This document shows positions 27,188 through 36,281 of a stretch of DNA of 46,434 bases, one piece after another. The notes below the pieces were generated by a model, which saw only the letters and a program-made list of their open reading frames with translations, made no database searches and was not told the origin of the DNA. Each line of letters begins with the position of its first letter. Position 1 is the first letter of the stretch. The translations under genes and the position numbers were made by a program. Where the stretch lies: assembly GCA_016281805.1 (NCBI GenBank), contig JAEEJJ010000071.1, forward strand, positions 1 to 46,434, written 5' to 3'. Source of the DNA: Clostridiales bacterium. GTDB lineage: Bacteria; Bacillota; Clostridia; Oscillospirales; UBA644.

Positions 27188-29548
27188 CTAATCGATATCA
27201 CTTTGTCCCGGAACAGGAGGGACACAGAAGTAGCTATGGCCAATGCAGAATCCCTTGCCAAGTCCTGACGTTTCCTCATCAGCGATCTTGTTGTTCAGCT
27301 CACGGAATCGGTTAATAACTTTGTCGACGATATCAGAAGAGTGTATGTATCTTTCAAGATAGGCTCTAAACATGGGTTTATTGAATGCTGGCTCAATATC
27401 GTAAAAACTGAAACGACGGCGAAGAGCATAGTCCATCATGGCTAGGCTCCGATCCGCGGTGTTCATCATTCCAATTACATAGACATTCTTCGGCACACCG
27501 AAAAGCTCATCTTTATATGCGAGTTTTATCTTTTCTCCCCGTTTATCGCCTTCGATAAGCATCATAAGTTCACCAAAGATTTTACTCAGGTTTCCTCGAT
27601 TTATTTCGTCAATGATAAAGAAATACTTGCTGTTCGGATCAGAATCTTTTTCCGCTCTTTTGCAGAAGCTATAAAACACACCGGGGCGCAATTCAAAACC
27701 ATCATCGTTTGGCTTATAGCCCATTATGAAGTCTTCATAGCTATAGCTTTGATGGAATTGAATCATTTCAACGTGTGTGTCGTCTTTCGCTCCAATAATT
27801 GAATATGCAAAGCGGCGTGCAAGAAATGTTTTACCAACACCTGGAGCCCCCTGCAGGATAACATTCTTTTTATACAGAAGAAGCTGAACCAACTCGTTGT
27901 ATTCTTCTTCTGTCATAAAAACCTGTTCGAGGAACTTATCTTTACCGTAAGATTCGGGAGGTGTGAGCTGAACGATTGGTTTTGAAAACACTTCGTTAAG
28001 GTATTTTTCGTACCAATTCAAACCAGACTTTAAGAACCCATTTCCGCAGGAACGGTTAATCGAGTCAAAAGCCGGATGCGCCCGTATAATCGATTTAACA
28101 TCGAGAAAAACGTCTATATCCTTAATTGAAAAGATGCTCTTAAGATCCGGGTATTCGACAATGTCTATTAGAGTGAGTACTTTTTTAAGCGCGTTAGTGT
28201 TTGCGCTAACCATACTCGGGGTACAAACTGATCCTGAAGCCGATGTCTGGACTGAGAGCCACGCTCTAAACTTTCTTTCTTCTGTTTCAACATCCGGTTC
28301 ACTATCTTCCTGTTCAACAAGATGGTTGGGAATGCTGCTCCCATAGTACAGTTTTTCATAGAGGAACATCAAATTGCTTTCCTTTTTGATTTCATAACAG
28401 GTAGTTAGTAATCCTTCATTTTCTGGCAGCCGGTCTGCATCCTCAAATTTGAGCAGCCAGGTTCCTTTTTTGCAGTGAGCCATAGGCTCATTATCATCAT
28501 AGAAATAGGGGCTTAATTCATGAACAAAGCCGATCAGCTTCTCGCCGTCCATAACAACAAAAACCGAGTCGGCGTTTGTCTCATAGAATGACTTTATTTC
28601 ACCGGCTTTTCTTGATGCGGTCTTGGCATCTGTAGGATAGTATAATTCCGAAAGTTTTCGAGCAAGTCTCTCTTTATCAATTTCCCCTTTTTTTAAGTAA
28701 TTGACCAAATCGCCCGTTTTGTTCCATCCTACCGCTACTAATCCGTTTGCTTTCCATCTTTCAGAATAGCTGTCACTTTGATCAGAAGATCCTAAACGAT
28801 AAAAATGCTTTATGTTTCCAAATAAGGAATATAAGACGCTGTAGAAATGCGGTGCAGGAATATTTACCTGTCTCATGACAAGCGCTAATTGTCCATTTCT
28901 GCCATAATACTTTTCGCTCGGTTTTATGCCAAGTCCATACAGAAAATGATTCTGCAGATCTTTGCTGTATATTGTGAAGAACTTCTGCGGAAACATCATG
29001 TGGAAGTATTTTTGAAACCATGCGTAGGAAGCATACTTACCGATTGCTTCAGTCAATGCGTCGTCAAGATTTTCATACTCTGCAACTGTAATCAATTCGC
29101 GCGGTTCAATAATTGCACAGCCTTTTACAAGGCAGTCTCTGATATGTTTCCCCAACTCCAAAGCCTGATCATTTGATAATACCTCTTGGTTGATAGGTGA
29201 GCCGGTCATCCATTTCTTGTCTTCCTGTCTTTGGAACAATCCAAACTTAAAGGAAGAACCGCCAGAAATGCTACCAAAGTAACTTTTGATTTTGGGATCA
29301 AACTCAAGATAATAGCAGAGACTTGTATTATCTGAATCAGCTGTCAGAAAAATATATTGGAGCAATTCGCTGTCATCCAGGTTCTCTAATACATCCGGCG
29401 AAAACCGTGCGCGAAACTCTGCATAGATTCTGTCGATGTCGGCAACGGGTTCCTCGAACTGCCGATGCTGCTCATTGACAATATTGATTATTTGACCCGC
29501 TATTTGGTTGTATTCTGTTAATACTCCACTCATGTCTGTTTCCTCCAT
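27188..29548 (-). CDS. mcrB: McrB-family AAA+ GTPase restriction subunit with a large unassigned N-terminal (DNA-reading) region; truncated by an in-frame amber codon
   Basis: Walker A is ILQGAPGVGKTF, Walker B plus the signature is FFIIDEINRGNLSKIFGELMMLIE, and MMNTADRSLAMMDYALRRRF follows. The start may be the ATG at 29548 or the ATG at 29533, which has the better GGAGGA RBS. Confidence 0.85.
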   Translation of the reverse strand: MEETDMSGVLTEYNQIAGQIINIVNEQHRQFEEPVADIDRIYAEFRARFSPDVLENLDDSELLQYIFLTADSDNTSLCYYLEFDPKIKSYFGSISGGSSFKFGLFQRQEDKKWMTGSPINQEVLSNDQALELGKHIRDCLVKGCAIIEPRELITVAEYENLDDALTEAIGKYASYAWFQKYFHMMFPQKFFTIYSKDLQNHFLYGLGIKPSEKYYGRNGQLALVMRQVNIPAPHFYSVLYSLFGNIKHFYRLGSSDQSDSYSERWKANGLVAVGWNKTGDLVNYLKKGEIDKERLARKLSELYYPTDAKTASRKAGEIKSFYETNADSVFVVMDGEKLIGFVHELSPYFYDDNEPMAHCKKGTWLLKFEDADRLPENEGLLTTCYEIKKESNLMFLYEKLYYGSSIPNHLVEQEDSEPDVETEERKFRAWLSVQTSASGSVCTPSMVSANTNALKKVLTLIDIVEYPDLKSIFSIKDIDVFLDVKSIIRAHPAFDSINRSCGNGFLKSGLNWYEKYLNEVFSKPIVQLTPPESYGKDKFLEQVFMTEEEYNELVQLLLYKKNVILQGAPGVGKTFLARRFAYSIIGAKDDTHVEMIQFHQSYSYEDFIMGYKPNDDGFELRPGVFYSFCKRAEKDSDPNSKYFFIIDEINRGNLSKIFGELMMLIEGDKRGEKIKLAYKDELFGVPKNVYVIGMMNTADRSLAMMDYALRRRFSFYDIEPAFNKPMFRAYLERYIHSSDIVDKVINRFRELNNKIADEETSGLGKGFCIGHSYFCVPPVPGQSDID

Positions 29549-29552
29549 CTAC

Positions 29553-30461
29553 TTATCCCATTTTTATAACCCAGTCTGTATTGCTATCAAAGTCACCGTA
29601 AAAATCAAACCAGTCTTTTTTGAAATCCTGTTCAGGAAAAGTCCAAAATGACCCTGGCGCGGACATCTGTTTGCATAAGTTGGATAATGTCCTTGATTCG
29701 CGTATTGAAAAACTCGAAACCGCGAGGTTATCGCCATCATTGCTCAAAGTAAACAATGGAGTTTGATTTAAAATTTTCAGCCAGTCCGCCATATTCCGTC
29801 TTGCCCTTGAAAGCGGCTGCAATGAAGCACGTTCCTTCCGGCTATCAATAATCGCTTTTACGCACGGATCGACATCAACATGGCTTATACAACGAACAAC
29901 ATAGGTCTGCATCTCGTCGAGAGATATAACTGCAAGTTCCCCACGTTGCCACAAAGAATACAGAATTTCCCACACCAAAATAGCTGGGCGAAATTGAATC
30001 CCATTTGCGTCTTGCATCTCAGTATACGAAGAAAAGGAGAAATCCCTTCCATAGCTCTCAACCAAAGATGGACTGAGTTGTGATTTGTGTCCGTTTGGAT
30101 ACTGATATCGCATTATTTGGAGTGTTATTGCCTCCTCATAGGTAAGTCTCCTGTTTATAAGGGCAAGTGCAACTGGCGTCAGTCGTAGTACTTTAGATAT
30201 TCTTGTAGAATATATAAAACCAAACTCGCTCAAAATCTGTTGATAGTCTCTCCAAGCATCAACTTGATGGCTATCGGAACGGTAATTAGCCGTTAGAATG
30301 CTATGCTCAACTAAATACTCATTTATTAGCTTGGGATCTATTGTTTTACCATTACATAAAACACAAGCATTGAGCAACCCTAATAGCACATCTTTGGATA
30401 ACACTCCCGCGTGTTGAGTTACTGGCCAAGAGATGCCCTCATATGGAACTGTCGGATACAT
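29553..30461 (-). CDS. Unassigned 302-aa protein in the restriction-enzyme position downstream of two C5-methyltransferases (putative REase)
   Basis: The ATG at 30461 has a GGAGGTG RBS and overlaps the upstream MTase by 23 nt. The stop is 5 nt before mcrB. I could not recognise a nuclease motif, so the call is positional. Confidence 0.35.
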   Translation of the reverse strand: MYPTVPYEGISWPVTQHAGVLSKDVLLGLLNACVLCNGKTIDPKLINEYLVEHSILTANYRSDSHQVDAWRDYQQILSEFGFIYSTRISKVLRLTPVALALINRRLTYEEAITLQIMRYQYPNGHKSQLSPSLVESYGRDFSFSSYTEMQDANGIQFRPAILVWEILYSLWQRGELAVISLDEMQTYVVRCISHVDVDPCVKAIIDSRKERASLQPLSRARRNMADWLKILNQTPLFTLSNDGDNLAVSSFSIRESRTLSNLCKQMSAPGSFWTFPEQDFKKDWFDFYGDFDSNTDWVIKMG

Positions 30462-31500
30462 TTTGCACCTCCAACACCTGTCGAACAGAAGACAAGATTT
30501 CATATGCGAGCAAAGGCGGAACCGCATTGCCTACTTGTCGATACTGCTCGGTCCTCGAACCGCAGAATATATACCAATCCGGGAAACTCTGTAATCTTGC
30601 AGTTTCTCGAACCGTCAGCGCTCTAGGTTCATACGGATGAATGAACGGCCTTGCGCCACCTGCAGATGACCCTATCAACACTGTGCCAGAAGGTAAATCT
30701 GGCCTAAGCTTGTCGGAATAAGAACCTCTATCTCGTCCTCCTTGAGGAACCGCTTCAAATCTTTTTCGGACAGCTTCAGTATGAATCCGGATTTCCTGAT
30801 TAGGTAAGCCGTCAACTTCTTCTAAAGCATATTTGCTGGGAACTTTTTCTGGCAACTGATCGTGATAGGCACCCGATGGTTTATCGGGAAAACGGAATGA
30901 ATCCGATACGATATCCGGTCTAAATCCAATGACAAAAATTCTTTCACGGACCTGTGGTATTCCAAAATCCGCAGCATTTAACTTTGTTTTATATAGATGA
31001 TATCCAGTTGTTTCTTGAATGAAACGAAACAGGTTTTCAAAATCCTTCCCTTTGTTGACCGTTAACAGGCCGGGTACATTTTCAAAAACAAACGCTTTGG
31101 GCTTTAAACCTGCAATTAACTCAAAATATTTTATTGTAAGCCGTCCGCGCGGATCATCCAACGATTGACGTCTGCCTATGATGCTGAACGCTTGGCAAGG
31201 TGGACCTGCAATAATCAAATCAATATCGCTTTCAACTTTGGAAAGAGAGCGTATTAATTCCGGCGTTAAGTCCATAGCGTCGTCGTTGTAAACCGATACA
31301 TGAGGCAAGTTTTCTTTTATTGTATTAGTGTATTCGGGGACAATGTCACTTACGAGTAGCGACTTGAAACCGGCAAAATGCGCACCAAGATCCAATCCGC
31401 CGCCTCCGCTAAAGAGACTAATGCAGTTGAACTTATAATCAACATGTGCACCAAATGAAGCTAATCTTTTTAAATAAATGTTCTTTTTAGCGTCTGACAA
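30439..31500 (-). CDS. DNA (cytosine-5)-methyltransferase, second of a tandem pair
   Basis: Motif I is LFSGGGGLDLG, motif IV is GPPCQAFS, motif VI is ENVPGL and motif X is QVGNAVPPLLA. The likely start is a TTG at 31500, 8 nt after AAGGAGGTG and just after the upstream stop. The track start at 31572 would overlap the upstream gene by 67 nt. Confidence 0.88.
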   Translation of the reverse strand: MSDAKKNIYLKRLASFGAHVDYKFNCISLFSGGGGLDLGAHFAGFKSLLVSDIVPEYTNTIKENLPHVSVYNDDAMDLTPELIRSLSKVESDIDLIIAGPPCQAFSIIGRRQSLDDPRGRLTIKYFELIAGLKPKAFVFENVPGLLTVNKGKDFENLFRFIQETTGYHLYKTKLNAADFGIPQVRERIFVIGFRPDIVSDSFRFPDKPSGAYHDQLPEKVPSKYALEEVDGLPNQEIRIHTEAVRKRFEAVPQGGRDRGSYSDKLRPDLPSGTVLIGSSAGGARPFIHPYEPRALTVRETARLQSFPDWYIFCGSRTEQYRQVGNAVPPLLAYEILSSVRQVLEVQNVSDSSI

Positions 31501-31505
31501 TGATA

Positions 31506-32522
31506 TCACCTCCTTGATACGTCTATATAGGCTGATATGTCGTTGCATATGGATTCTATTACCGGAGGGCATACTGCATTCGATAGTTGTTTCGCTGCAT
31601 CTGTACGAGACACCGCACTGAAATCGTACCAGGCAGGAAACCCCATAATGCTTTTCATTTCTGCAATGCTTAAGTGGCGTCGCTCTTTAGATAGAATGGG
31701 GATATGTGCGCCTCCACCAGAATTCAAAACTGTGAGCGTAGGGAGTGGTTCATCTAAAGAAAGTGCTCTAACTCCACTTGATCTAACTTGAAAGACACAA
31801 TCACAAAGATCACACCCCGGGGCGATCCTTTCTAAAGTAGCGCGAGTTTTTGTTAGTTTGAATGTTAGGTCCTCAGCCTTTTTCTTGCCAGTATAATAAT
31901 CGATATACTCTTGCCACTTATCGGAAACAGGGATCGAGTAATCCCCTGGTATTATGAATGGTCGAAGAGGAGTTTTTGGAGTCTTTTTCATTGTAAAATT
32001 GATTTGTTTGTTGCCATATTTACTGATACGAAAACAGACAATATATATTCTTGAACGGCTCTGAGGAACGCCAAAATACGAACTGTCCAGTACTACTGAA
32101 GACACAGAGTACCCTTCATCAGATAAACACTTTACTATTTCGCGATATGTTGCACCATTGTTATGTCTTAATAGGTTTGTAACGTTCTCCAAAAAAATAA
32201 TACCTGGTTTTTTTGAATGAACAATTTCTATAAGCTTAAAAATGATGGTTCCCCGCGGATCACCAAAACCGAGTTCTTTTCCAGCAATCGAGAATGGTTG
32301 ACACGGAAATCCAGCACAAAGCATATCAAAATCGGGCAAAGATTTAGAGGTTAAATTGAACAAATCTTTCGAGTCAAATTTGCTGCCAAAATTTCGTTCA
32401 TATGTTTTTTCACAGTTATTATCTATTTCATTTGAATAGACAAGTTTTGAAGGTAGAAGGGATGCTTCTATTCCCAAACGAAATCCGCCCACACCAGTAC
32501 AAAATTCTGCGTACCTTACCAT
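31506..32522 (-). CDS. DNA (cytosine-5)-methyltransferase, first of a tandem pair
   Basis: Motif I is FCTGVGGFRLG, motif IV is GFPCQPFS, motif VI is ENVTNL and motif X is QLSNAVCPPV. Confidence 0.88.
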   Translation of the reverse strand: MVRYAEFCTGVGGFRLGIEASLLPSKLVYSNEIDNNCEKTYERNFGSKFDSKDLFNLTSKSLPDFDMLCAGFPCQPFSIAGKELGFGDPRGTIIFKLIEIVHSKKPGIIFLENVTNLLRHNNGATYREIVKCLSDEGYSVSSVVLDSSYFGVPQSRSRIYIVCFRISKYGNKQINFTMKKTPKTPLRPFIIPGDYSIPVSDKWQEYIDYYTGKKKAEDLTFKLTKTRATLERIAPGCDLCDCVFQVRSSGVRALSLDEPLPTLTVLNSGGGAHIPILSKERRHLSIAEMKSIMGFPAWYDFSAVSRTDAAKQLSNAVCPPVIESICNDISAYIDVSRR

Positions 32523-32598
32523 ATTTTCACCCTAAAACTCATAATTAGAATTGCTTAAAACTGCTTTTTTGTGTTTTCCCAACAAAAGTGTGGGATTC

Positions 32599-32802
32599 TT
32601 AATCCTCAATAAAATCAACCACATCACCTATATTGCAATGAAATACTTTACAGATATTCATCAAAACCTTCATGTGAATCGGCTCTCCGTGTGTCAGTGA
32701 ATGTCTGGATGCATCTGTAATCTTGGCTGCCTTGTAGAACTCACCTTTTTTCATTTTGTTGTCGATTAAAAGTTTCCAAAGTTTGTCGTAACTCACTCGC
32801 AT
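32599..32802 (-). CDS. XRE/Cro-type HTH regulator (possible controller of the downstream R-M genes)
   Basis: The 67-aa protein has KKGEFYKAAKITDASRHSLTHGEPIHMKVLMNICKVFHCNIGDVVDFIE, which fits the short HTH_XRE pattern. It is the first gene of the AT-rich array. Confidence 0.7.
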   Translation of the reverse strand: MRVSYDKLWKLLIDNKMKKGEFYKAAKITDASRHSLTHGEPIHMKVLMNICKVFHCNIGDVVDFIED

Positions 32803-33078
32803 GGTATTATCTCCCGTGCAATAAAAATCGTTTGCTGTAAGCTGAAAAAAGAGAACGGGTTATGCCCGGTGTCGCTTACAATAAACCATATTATATTATA
32901 TCATACTTACCATTGAATTTCAAGTTCAGATTGTGAACTTTTATCGGATTTTGGCCCAATTGGTGTCGCTTTAAGCTGACAGCTTGACTCCGATTTCGAA
33001 TTCATCGGGCTATTCTCTCCCTATCTATTCTTTTTTCAGCTTACAGTTATCTCTTAGATTGACTATTTCCTGTCAGCC

Positions 33079-33107
33079 GATAGCCGACCATGGGATAGCC
33101 GATCATG
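33079..33107. repeat. Tandem 14-nt direct repeat (iteron-like)
   Basis: GATAGCCGACCATG (33079-33092) and GATAGCCGATCATG (33094-33107) are 1 nt apart, with a partial CAGCCGA just upstream. They lie in the intergenic region below the wHTH gene. Confidence 0.5.
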
Positions 33108-33138
33108 AAGACAGACTACCCCCTTTGCGAGTAAAATA

Positions 33139-33420
33139 TTATTTCAAGCACTTATATCTGTTGCTTGAATTACCGCCATCCGGACGTTTCTGAGGAATCT
33201 TAGAGATGTAGCCCTTGCGCTCGAGCGATGTCAACGCACATTTGACCGTTGACACCGCTCTTTTGCATTGCCTGGCTATCGTTTTATGCGAAGGGAAGCA
33301 GTCGGAATTCTCCCCCTGAAATCTGCACAAAACATGATATACCAGCGTCTCTGTGGCGGATAATTCGTAATCGTCAAGCGCGACCCACGACTGACTCATT
33401 ACAGATTTCCCCCTTTTCAT
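33139..33420 (-). CDS. Winged-helix DNA-binding protein (ICE Rep/regulator-like)
   Basis: LSATETLVYHVLCRFQGENSDCFPSHKTIARQCKRAVSTVKCALTSLERKGYISK is a MarR/DnaD-like wHTH. The ATG at 33420 has a GAGGTG RBS, and the ATG at 33399 is an alternative. Confidence 0.6.
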   Translation of the reverse strand: MKRGKSVMSQSWVALDDYELSATETLVYHVLCRFQGENSDCFPSHKTIARQCKRAVSTVKCALTSLERKGYISKIPQKRPDGGNSSNRYKCLK

Positions 33421-35308
33421 TGATTAACACCTCGTTATACTCTGTCGCGGTAAGGTTCGATTCTGACATTACTGCTCCTCCTGCAGCTGTATAACCTTCG
33501 GGCTTGTCTTTTTCTTTGCTGTTTTTCTCCTGCCACTGTCTGCGTACGCTTTTCTGAGTAGGAGGATACTTTTCTCTTCGCGCCTCAAGCTCTTCTTCAG
33601 ACAGTCTGTCTCCTCTGCTTCGAGTATCCGTAGAGTAGATCTTAACTATCTCCTGTTCAAGAACATCCTGGCGTGCATAGGATACTTTACGGTTTCCTTT
33701 ATCCGGAACGGCATAAATCTCATCGGGAAATACGATACCCCACTTGAAGAACAGCTTTAACCGCACCTGCATCGGATAAAATCCGGTTTTCATGACAACG
33801 AATGTGCCTTTCGGAAGAGATTTCAACTCATCAGGCGTAAGCAGAGCACGTTCAATCATCTGCAAATTCTGTGACGGATCGTTCTTGCCACGACTGACAG
33901 AACCGGACTGAACGGTTTTACTGCCAAGTGCCTTCGATAAGACTTGGGCAGACTCGCTGTTCGGAGCGAAACCGCCGAATACAGTAAGCTGAGTGTTGTC
34001 AGTGATTATCTCACAGCCTTCTTTGCCGTAATTCTTCTGCAACTGCGCGAAAGACTGAATGATCGCAACTATGGACATACGACGAGATCTTGAAGCCGAA
34101 AACATCATCTCCGCCGATTCTATCTTCGGGATAGTACCGAACTCATCAAGATACATCATAACGCGGTTCTTCAGATGACCGCCCTGTTCGTCTGCCACCG
34201 CAAGTATCTCTCGGTAGAGCTGCTGAACGATAAGAGATACCATAAAGTGCTTGGACGTATCTTCTTCCGGAAGCACGATAAAGATTGCCGACTTCTCACT
34301 GCAGAATTTCTCCGCATCGATAGCTGTATCAAAGCAAAGGATCTGTTCCAGTTCCGAGTCCAGGAATGCATTCAAACGGGATAACGCAGTTGACATAACG
34401 GAGTTCATGGCCTGTTCGGAGGTGTTGATCGCCGCGCCGGCAAACCATTTTGCTTTGTGTTCTTCAGGCAACCGTTGCATCAAAAACTGGAATTGTGTCG
34501 TTCCCGGTCTGCCTGTAGGAGCAAGCAGATCCTGAATTATTTTGAACACGGAAACGATATGTCTTGTCTCCGGCGGGCAGAACTCAGCAACGAGCAGAAT
34601 ACTTGCGCAGAGCAGACCTTCGGCTGCGTCGTAGAAGAATGCGTTCTGACCGAAAGATGCGCCGTCCATGCCGGACAGAATGATCGTTTTGGCAATGATT
34701 TTCGCATACTTTTCAGACTTTGCCTTGTACGCAAGATTGTCCGGATTTACTTTCCACAGATCCATATACTTGTTAACCAGGTGAAGCAGATTGTTTCCGT
34801 CAGAACGAGTCGGATTTCGTAGATCGATCACGGATACGTTGTAGCCGTAGTATTCCTTCGCTATCTTTCCGTAATGACGGTACAGATCACCCTTTGTGTC
34901 AGACGTTATAAACGACATTCCGGAAGCGCACGCGTACTCCAGATTCGGATACAGAAAGTAAGCTGTTTTACCGACACCTGCCGCACCGATCATCAGCGCA
35001 TGAACATCAGATGTGTCGACAATGGCTGTAGTTCCGAGTTTTCCGGACTCGCAGCCGACTACTATCCCCTGATCGGATGCTTCCGGAAGATTCTTTCCTT
35101 TACGCCACAGTTCCGGTTCAAACGGAATGTGTCTGTATGTTTTTCTGATTTCATCCTTTTTCGCCCATCTTGCAGTCCCGTGCTGCCCGTCGCCGACCGT
35201 TTTAGCCTTTATACTGTTCAAGTTGTAAATGTGAGCGAGAACAGTTATCAGACCGAGCACGGAGAACATTACGACAGAGACAAAGATGAGTATTCCGGTT
35301 CCGTCCAT
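33374..35308 (-). CDS. virD4: Type IV coupling protein, VirD4/TraG-like (CD1115-type of clostridial ICEs)
   Basis: An N-terminal TM helix is present, with Walker A MIGAAGVGKTAYF and Walker B VMMYLDEFGT. An AGGAGG RBS precedes the start. Confidence 0.85.
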   Translation of the reverse strand: MDGTGILIFVSVVMFSVLGLITVLAHIYNLNSIKAKTVGDGQHGTARWAKKDEIRKTYRHIPFEPELWRKGKNLPEASDQGIVVGCESGKLGTTAIVDTSDVHALMIGAAGVGKTAYFLYPNLEYACASGMSFITSDTKGDLYRHYGKIAKEYYGYNVSVIDLRNPTRSDGNNLLHLVNKYMDLWKVNPDNLAYKAKSEKYAKIIAKTIILSGMDGASFGQNAFFYDAAEGLLCASILLVAEFCPPETRHIVSVFKIIQDLLAPTGRPGTTQFQFLMQRLPEEHKAKWFAGAAINTSEQAMNSVMSTALSRLNAFLDSELEQILCFDTAIDAEKFCSEKSAIFIVLPEEDTSKHFMVSLIVQQLYREILAVADEQGGHLKNRVMMYLDEFGTIPKIESAEMMFSASRSRRMSIVAIIQSFAQLQKNYGKEGCEIITDNTQLTVFGGFAPNSESAQVLSKALGSKTVQSGSVSRGKNDPSQNLQMIERALLTPDELKSLPKGTFVVMKTGFYPMQVRLKLFFKWGIVFPDEIYAVPDKGNRKVSYARQDVLEQEIVKIYSTDTRSRGDRLSEEELEARREKYPPTQKSVRRQWQEKNSKEKDKPEGYTAAGGAVMSESNLTATEYNEVLINEKGEICNESVVGRA

Positions 35309-36195
35309 TTCTTCGCCTCCTGCGGTTTTATTCCGGGTTCCACACCGCTCAGCACCTGCAGATCCTCGTCCCAGTCCTTGTTGAGCGGGATCTCTATCTG
35401 AACGTCTTTGTAACCTTTCAGATACAGTGCGTCCTTAATTCTTACTGTTGCCAGCTGTCCGGCTTCATCGTTGTCAAGGCAAAGCACGATCTTATTCAGA
35501 TTTGGATGTACAGCAAGCTGATGCATCAGTGCCTTGTCCGATACGGAACACAGTGCGACATAAGAATGTTTCTTCCAGTCATCCTTGTGCATGCTGATAT
35601 ATGCGAGCATATCTATCGGCGCTTCAAAAGCATAGATTGTATTGTCCCATCCGTTATAGTGAAAAGCGTATTCGGAACTGCTGCCGGATACCGTCTGTCT
35701 GAAATGTGACAGAGTCGATCTTTTGTGACAGTGTCCCGGTTTGCCGTCCTCGTCACGACCGACAAAAACGCAGTTGTGATACTCCAAGTCCTCGTACAGC
35801 GTCCCCATTTTCACAAACTCATTTATGATTTCAGGATCAATACATCTGTTGTTTCTCAGATACATAAACATCCGGTACGTGCTGTCGCTTTTCTCGGGCA
35901 GCTGCACGTACGGATGACTTTTTCTGCCCGGTACGTACGGCGGGCTGGTTTCATTGTTCAGTTCGTTCACAGCTTCCGGGAAAGATTTATCGAAGTATTT
36001 CATTACAAACCGTACGGCATGACCGCCGGTCTGCTCATAGTGCGAATACCACTCCGACCCGTGTATCCACACATTTTTGTCCTCCCACAGATATTGGTTC
36101 GACTGTCTTTTCAGCTGAACTCCGCGTGAAGAAAGAAACTCCGCGAGATCAGTCTGATTCGCGGAGTCGATTTGTTGTTGTGTCAATGATGGCAT
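35269..36195 (-). CDS. DUF3991/Toprim-domain protein (ICE primase/topoisomerase-like)
   Basis: A Toprim DxD motif lies in IVLCLDNDEAGQLA, with the acidic E in YAFEAPIDMLAY. An AGGAGG RBS is present, and the position next to the T4CP is typical. Confidence 0.7.
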   Translation of the reverse strand: MPSLTQQQIDSANQTDLAEFLSSRGVQLKRQSNQYLWEDKNVWIHGSEWYSHYEQTGGHAVRFVMKYFDKSFPEAVNELNNETSPPYVPGRKSHPYVQLPEKSDSTYRMFMYLRNNRCIDPEIINEFVKMGTLYEDLEYHNCVFVGRDEDGKPGHCHKRSTLSHFRQTVSGSSSEYAFHYNGWDNTIYAFEAPIDMLAYISMHKDDWKKHSYVALCSVSDKALMHQLAVHPNLNKIVLCLDNDEAGQLATVRIKDALYLKGYKDVQIEIPLNKDWDEDLQVLSGVEPGIKPQEAKKWTEPEYSSLSLS

Positions 36196-36205
36196 ATTAC
36201 CTCCT

Positions 36206-36241
36206 GAAAAAAGAAACCGCAGAGCCTTTTATGCCTCTGCG
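36206..36241 (-). terminator. Rho-independent terminator after the radical SAM cargo operon
   Basis: CGCAGAG (36218-36224) pairs with CTCTGCG (36235-36241). On the minus strand the hairpin is followed by GTTTCTTTTTTC, immediately before the Toprim gene RBS. Confidence 0.65.
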
Positions 36242-36281
36242 ATTACATTGGTCTATTTTTGTTTTGCGGATACTGGCCTTA

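Noticed and set aside
27188-27190. TAG reassignment (alternative genetic code or pyrrolysine) as the explanation for the in-frame amber in mcrB
   Set aside because: Other genes in the window terminate naturally at TAG (24423-25 and 7953-55) with sensible lengths and downstream RBS/start spacing. I saw no Pyl machinery, so a nonsense mutation or sequencing error is more parsimonious.
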